Below are positions 6,792-10,527 of a stretch of DNA of 10,527 nucleotides, piece after piece. The translations under genes and the position numbers were made by a program. Below the pieces are notes generated by a model. That model searched no databases. It was not told the origin of the DNA and saw only the letters and a list, made by a program, of their open reading frames with translations. Each line of letters starts with the position of its first letter. The first letter of the stretch is position 1. Location of the stretch: assembly GCA_038046345.1 (NCBI GenBank), contig JBBSWJ010000012.1:1-10527 (forward strand), written 5' to 3'. The DNA comes from Nanobdellota archaeon. GTDB taxonomy: Archaea; Nanobdellota; Nanobdellia; SCGC-AAA011-G17; JACPNG01.

Positions 6792-8390
6792 TTATTTTCT
6801 CCAGCGCCCGTTTATGATGGGGAGAGCTTGCATTAATCCACCAGGGTATAATACTCCATTACCAGCCATAGAAGTAGATGGAGCACCTAATTGATAATCC
6901 AACGGTATCTTAGAACTTGTTCCACAAGACATTGATTTGTGCCGCACCGCAGGCTGATGTACATGTCCCATCATGGCTCTTATATAACCATCGCTTAATG
7001 ATTTTAAACTACCTCTGCTATTATTTTTTCCACGGTCACCATGAGCTCCACATTGTACACCTTCATATATAGCATCTTCACCCAGCTTTAAAAACCGTAC
7101 ACGCGGTGGTAATGTACCTATCTCTTTTAAAGCTACCTCCAACACAGGCATATATTTTTGCATTTTTCCAAATATTAAACTTCCAAGCCTTGAATTTTTT
7201 GGATCGCGTCTATCTTCACCTTTTTCAAGCCAACGGCGTAACATATCATCATGGTTAGAGTAATTAATAACTATCTCCCCATCACCTAAATAGCTTGATA
7301 GCTCTACAAGGTAGTCCCGCACCCCAACTAGTTCTTTCTCAAGATCATCTTCGCCAGCTTCAGCTTTATACATAAGTTCAAGCGCCTTGTCTTTGTCATG
7401 GGGTGTTACACTCTGTGCATTAAAAATATCATTAACATGTAAATGTTTGGGTTTAAACCATGTTAGCATCTCTAAATTAGCCCTATGAGTGACAGGATCC
7501 ATTTCAGACACATGGGAATCACCAAACATCAGCACAATTGGCCTAATTTTTTCTGGATCTTTACCAAGAGCATATTTCATTCCTAAATCTACAAACATCC
7601 CATTCGCATTTGCCGGTACAAGTCTTGGTAGGTATAGTTTATCATCTAAAATATCAACTACAAAAAATCCAAGTTCATGCATACTATCTGCTGTAAATCC
7701 AACTCGGTTTCCACAATTGTAGTTACCTCTGGTTATAGCACCGCTAGCAAACATTAGTCGCGGAAAAACAGATGATTGCCCAGATGCAACTGGCTCCAAC
7801 ATTTGTTTCGTGCTGCCCATAACAAAAGATATCCCATTGTCCATTCTGGTATGAAGCGCCTTACCAGCTAAAGGATTTTGGTTTTGAGGTGGTTCTGGTA
7901 TTCCAAGTTCATGCATATTTGAGTTTAAGCGCTTTCCAGTAGCTTCATAATTTTCATCAGGTATTTCTTCCCAAAAATAGTGCATCGGCATTGACGCATC
8001 AAAATCAATCTCTCTTTCTTCAGCTTTTAACTTTCTTGCTTCCCACCCAGCTCTTTTAGCTCTTTCCTTTTCTCGGTCTATTGCTAATTTTGTTTTTGCA
8101 TTTTTCTCCATAAAAACGTCTGGTCTATCATGTAATATTGGATCAAGTGACCTTTCGCTTATATAAGACCCGGGAATTGCATCAATTCTTAACTCTCCAT
8201 TATTATCACCTACATAACGTTCTATGTTTTGTAATAATGATCGTATTACTTTCCCTTTTGAAGGATCTCTTCCATAAAGAAAAGCATGGTAAGGATTTTG
8301 TATTCCTTGAGCAGCGGTTATAACATATGTTTTTGGTTTAAACCTCGCGTCCTTAATTTTTCTACTTTTAACCTTTTTTCTAATACCCAT
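6792..8390 (-). CDS. Phage T5 A1-like metallophosphoesterase-fold protein, putative nuclease
   Basis: 532 aa. Metallophosphoesterase motifs are directly visible: FGDSH (GDSH at 7512-7523), HVNDIFN, YSNHD (SNHD at 7248-7259), CGAHGDRG and MGHVH (GHVH at 6957-6968). The non-catalytic segments YVITAAQ, NPLAG, RLMFASGAITRGNY, HELGFFVVDI, SNHDDMLRRWL, GVQCGAHGDRGKNNSRG and LYPGG...INGRW match the pattern I recall for T5 A1 and its phage homologs. The fold is confident; the A1 assignment rests on recall and needs a search. Confidence 0.8.
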   Translation of the reverse strand: MGIRKKVKSRKIKDARFKPKTYVITAAQGIQNPYHAFLYGRDPSKGKVIRSLLQNIERYVGDNNGELRIDAIPGSYISERSLDPILHDRPDVFMEKNAKTKLAIDREKERAKRAGWEARKLKAEEREIDFDASMPMHYFWEEIPDENYEATGKRLNSNMHELGIPEPPQNQNPLAGKALHTRMDNGISFVMGSTKQMLEPVASGQSSVFPRLMFASGAITRGNYNCGNRVGFTADSMHELGFFVVDILDDKLYLPRLVPANANGMFVDLGMKYALGKDPEKIRPIVLMFGDSHVSEMDPVTHRANLEMLTWFKPKHLHVNDIFNAQSVTPHDKDKALELMYKAEAGEDDLEKELVGVRDYLVELSSYLGDGEIVINYSNHDDMLRRWLEKGEDRRDPKNSRLGSLIFGKMQKYMPVLEVALKEIGTLPPRVRFLKLGEDAIYEGVQCGAHGDRGKNNSRGSLKSLSDGYIRAMMGHVHQPAVRHKSMSCGTSSKIPLDYQLGAPSTSMAGNGVLYPGGLMQALPIINGRWRK

Positions 8391-8456
8391 TTTAACGTAC
8401 TAAACCAATTCCTAGAACAAAATTAAAAGTGATTACTGAAATCAATTTAAAGTCAT

Positions 8457-8476
8457 AACTATACTTTGCTATAGTT
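8457..8476. promoter_or_regulatory. Perfect 7-6-7 dyad upstream of the A1-like gene (candidate operator)
   Basis: AACTATA (8457-8463), spacer CTTTGC, TATAGTT (8470-8476). It lies next to a TATA-like TTTAAATT (minus strand, 8444-8451). Confidence 0.35.
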
Positions 8477-8518
8477 TTGCTCTAATAATTCAAATGCTTA
8501 ATAATTAATATAATTTTC

Positions 8519-8538
8519 TAGTCATTCTCTTATGACTA
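8519..8538 (-). terminator. Candidate hairpin starting at the hisS stop codon
   Basis: Minus strand reads TAGTCAT-AAGAGA-ATGACTA, a perfect 7-bp stem whose first three bases are the TAG stop. The role is inferred. Confidence 0.3.
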
Positions 8539-9768
8539 CATTAATTTCTTCTTAACTTCCAACAAACTTAACCTTTCTTCTTTACCAGTAAGCATATTTC
8601 TCAAAGTATATTTTTTTTGACTTACTTCTTTTTCTCCAACTATTAATACATACGGTATCCATAACTTGCTTGCATAATCTAAGTTTTTGCTTACTCCTCT
8701 TCCTGTTAAATCCCAATCTGTGTTTACCCCATAATCTCTTAATTCTTGCACTATCTTAAATGATTCTTTTTCAGTTTTTATTGGGATTACATACACTTTG
8801 GTTATTGACTCATTCTCTTTTTTCTTTAATGCTAACGTTATTGGTACTAATCCAAAGCTTACTCCTACTGCTGGAACCTCCCTGCCGCAGTATCCGCCTA
8901 TCATCTTATCATATCTACCGCCCCCGCCTAAAGATACCGTTCTATCTTTTTTTGTGAAAACTTCTACAACCATCCCAGTATAATATGCTAATCCCCTTGA
9001 TAATGATGGCTCAAATGAAATACCTTTTGCAAATAATTTTTTTATTTCATCCAAACTGTCTTTGCTTACAAATTCTTGTAATACTTTTATTTTTTCTGTG
9101 TTAGTTCCTTTTGTTCCAATAAGCTCTAAAAGTTTTTTTGTGGTTTTACTATCAATTAATCCTTCTAACTCTTTTTGTACGTTTTCTCTGCCTATTTTTT
9201 TAAGTTTATCAATTACTAAAATTACTCTTAATTGTTTTTCTTTGGGTACATTAAACGATGTTAACAATTCATCAATTATTTTTCTGCTGTTAACTTCTAT
9301 AACAACAGGTATCTTTAATTTAGAAAATCCTTCCTGTAATAAGTTTATGCACTCAGCATCTGCTCTTATACTTGAAGTTCCAACAATATCAGCATCACAT
9401 TGTGTGAACTCTCTTTTTCTTCCTTTTTTTATTGGTCCATCCCTGAATACTTTTCCTATCTGATATCTTTTAAATGGTAACTTTAATTGTGGGTTCATTG
9501 CTATAAATCTTGCTAATGGGACTGTTAGATCATATCTTAATGCTAATTTTCGTTTACCTTGGTCTTGCAATGAGAAAGTTTCTTTAAGAATTTCTTCTCC
9601 TCCAGCATATTTTACTGATAATACATCAAACAGTTCTATTGTAGGCGTTTCTAATGGCTGAAATCCATATCTTTCAAAGGCTTTTTGAAGTACTTCTATC
9701 ACTTCTTGCTGTAATTTCTTATCAGCCGGTAATACATCCTCTGTTCCTCTTGGAGTTTGAAGTTTCAA
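8536..9768 (-). CDS. hisS: Histidine--tRNA ligase
   Basis: 410 aa with a TTG start (9766-9768). Contains TPRGTED, ALRYDLTVPLAR, motif 2 FRDGPIKKGRKREFTQCD, histidine-binding RGLAYYTG and GGGRYD, and a C-terminal anticodon-binding domain (YASKLWIPYVLIVGEKE). Confidence 0.98.
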   Translation of the reverse strand: MKLQTPRGTEDVLPADKKLQQEVIEVLQKAFERYGFQPLETPTIELFDVLSVKYAGGEEILKETFSLQDQGKRKLALRYDLTVPLARFIAMNPQLKLPFKRYQIGKVFRDGPIKKGRKREFTQCDADIVGTSSIRADAECINLLQEGFSKLKIPVVIEVNSRKIIDELLTSFNVPKEKQLRVILVIDKLKKIGRENVQKELEGLIDSKTTKKLLELIGTKGTNTEKIKVLQEFVSKDSLDEIKKLFAKGISFEPSLSRGLAYYTGMVVEVFTKKDRTVSLGGGGRYDKMIGGYCGREVPAVGVSFGLVPITLALKKKENESITKVYVIPIKTEKESFKIVQELRDYGVNTDWDLTGRGVSKNLDYASKLWIPYVLIVGEKEVSQKKYTLRNMLTGKEERLSLLEVKKKLM

Positions 9769-9776
9769 GTGTAAAG

Positions 9777-9848
9777 GGTGGTAAGGGAGAATCGAACTCC
9801 CGTTTGAAGAGCCACAGTCTTCTGTCCTACCATTAGACTACTACCACC
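9777..9848 (-). tRNA. tRNA-His (GTG), 72 nt, G-1 encoded, C73 discriminator, CCA not encoded, no intron
   Basis: Folded by hand: G-1; acceptor GTGGTAG/TTACCAC; D stem GTCT/GGAC with loop AATGGTA; anticodon stem GAAGA/TCTTC with loop CT-GTG-GC; variable AAAC; T stem GGGAG/CTCCC with loop TTCGATT; C73 at 9777, followed by CTT. Confidence 0.98.
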
Positions 9849-9872
9849 GTCCTCCATAAAGTTGTAACTAGC

Positions 9873-9880
9873 TAAATAAA
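9873..9880 (-). promoter_or_regulatory. TATA box for tRNA-His, and probably for hisS
   Basis: TTTATTTA on the minus strand, 25-32 nt upstream of G-1. Predicted transcription start near 9850. Confidence 0.55.
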
Positions 9881-10007
9881 GAATTCTATTGATGAATACA
9901 ATCATCTCGGGTGTTCATACAATAATTTGTCTAATCAAAGCTTATAAACATATCGATTCCGTCGTGGTCACAGCATCGGCCATAAGGTTTATTAGCAGTT
10001 TACATGC

Positions 10008-10454
10008 TCATACTATTCTGCATGACAGTAGATATTCATTGCCATTGATCCAGTCTTCTGTAGGATCAGCAAGTACTTCACCACAGTTTATTATGCCATC
10101 ATCATCTCGATCATAAACATACAATACCGGTGGGTTTACAATCACCGCCCAGTCTGATGATTCAAATCTCTGGTTGCTTATAGTATAAAAATCAGAAAAC
10201 CCATCATTATTTGTGTCATAGTAATCCATTACAACCTTGTAAAGTGGAATTCTAGCTACATGTTTAGCATCTTCAAAACTGGGAAAATTATAATAATTCG
10301 GACCGTCTAAGTTTAGTTCTAAACTATCGCTCACAATAGTTAGACTGCCTCTCACAGTATTGTCCGGTTTACCTAATACACTATGCCCGCTAATACAAGA
10401 CATTAATGCTAACAGCCCAATTCTTATTAAACGTTTATAACCACCCATTAACAC
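10008..10454 (-). CDS. Hypothetical secreted or membrane-tethered protein with Dx[DN]xDG calcium-binding-like loops
   Basis: 148 aa from GTG (10454), or 146 aa from ATG (10448), which has GGTG about 7 nt upstream. Signal-like KRLIRIGLLALMSCISG, then DTNNDGFSD (10191-10217) and DRDDDGIIN (10086-10112). Confidence 0.75.
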   Translation of the reverse strand: MLMGGYKRLIRIGLLALMSCISGHSVLGKPDNTVRGSLTIVSDSLELNLDGPNYYNFPSFEDAKHVARIPLYKVVMDYYDTNNDGFSDFYTISNQRFESSDWAVIVNPPVLYVYDRDDDGIINCGEVLADPTEDWINGNEYLLSCRIV

Positions 10455-10527
10455 GCACCGTTCATAAACAAAATTATCATTACCTTATAACAACATCACT
10501 ATCAGCTATTTAAACTTTAGCTTAACA

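Noticed and set aside
1529-8538. Recurrent TAGTCAT heptamer (1529, 1649, 4141, 8519 and reverse at 8532)
   Set aside because: A rough composition-based expectation is 2-3 copies in this window, and two of the hits are inside coding sequence, so it is not significant.
9062-9463. 133-aa + strand ORF, and the other short track ORFs (614-838, 1379-1561, 2238-2429, 2714-2914, 4543-4770, 7489-7722, 8138-8323, 8760-8983, 9654-9836, 9889-10116)
   Set aside because: All lie antisense to well-supported genes or the tRNA and have shadow-like composition.
6048-9848. Provirus or island integrated at tRNA-His as the source of the A1-like gene
   Set aside because: No integrase or virion genes, no duplicated tRNA 3' end found by eye, and hisS lies between the tRNA and the A1-like gene.
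9765-9857. 30-codon ORF (MEDGGSSLMVGQKTVALQTGVRFSLTTLYT) spanning the whole tRNA-His, with its TGA overlapping the hisS TTG (TTGA)
   Set aside because: The ATG at 9857 is only 16 nt from the TATA box, so it is probably upstream of the transcription start. A 30-codon open frame is common by chance, and the sequence is fully explained by tRNA structure.
1-10527. CRISPR array, rRNA or IS element
   Set aside because: No regularly spaced direct repeats, no long GC-rich non-coding tract and no transposase-like ORF were seen.

Overview
AT-rich archaeal chromosomal window, most likely from a DPANN lineage (Woesearchaeota/Pacearchaeota-like). This is inferred from Rpp30, an archaeal-style ScpA, compact genes and TATA boxes about 30 to 23 nt upstream of start codons. 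Housekeeping content: rnp3, scpA, hisS, and a tRNA-His(GTG) gene lying only 8 nt upstream of hisS. Accessory content: a large membrane-anchored subtilase with dense N-glycosylation sequons, three complete hypothetical genes, one partial hypothetical gene, and a calcineurin-like metallophosphoesterase with an atypical DxE first motif. The standout is a 532-aa protein whose motif order matches, from my memory of that sequence, the bacteriophage T5 pre-early protein A1, which is required for host DNA degradation and second-step DNA transfer. It lies among cellular genes, with no other phage gene in the window. Other points of interest are the tRNA-His/hisS tandem with a TTG start, and a structured leader of about 70 nt that contains an anti-Shine-Dalgarno-like sequence. 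No CRISPR array, rRNA, transposase or integrase was seen.
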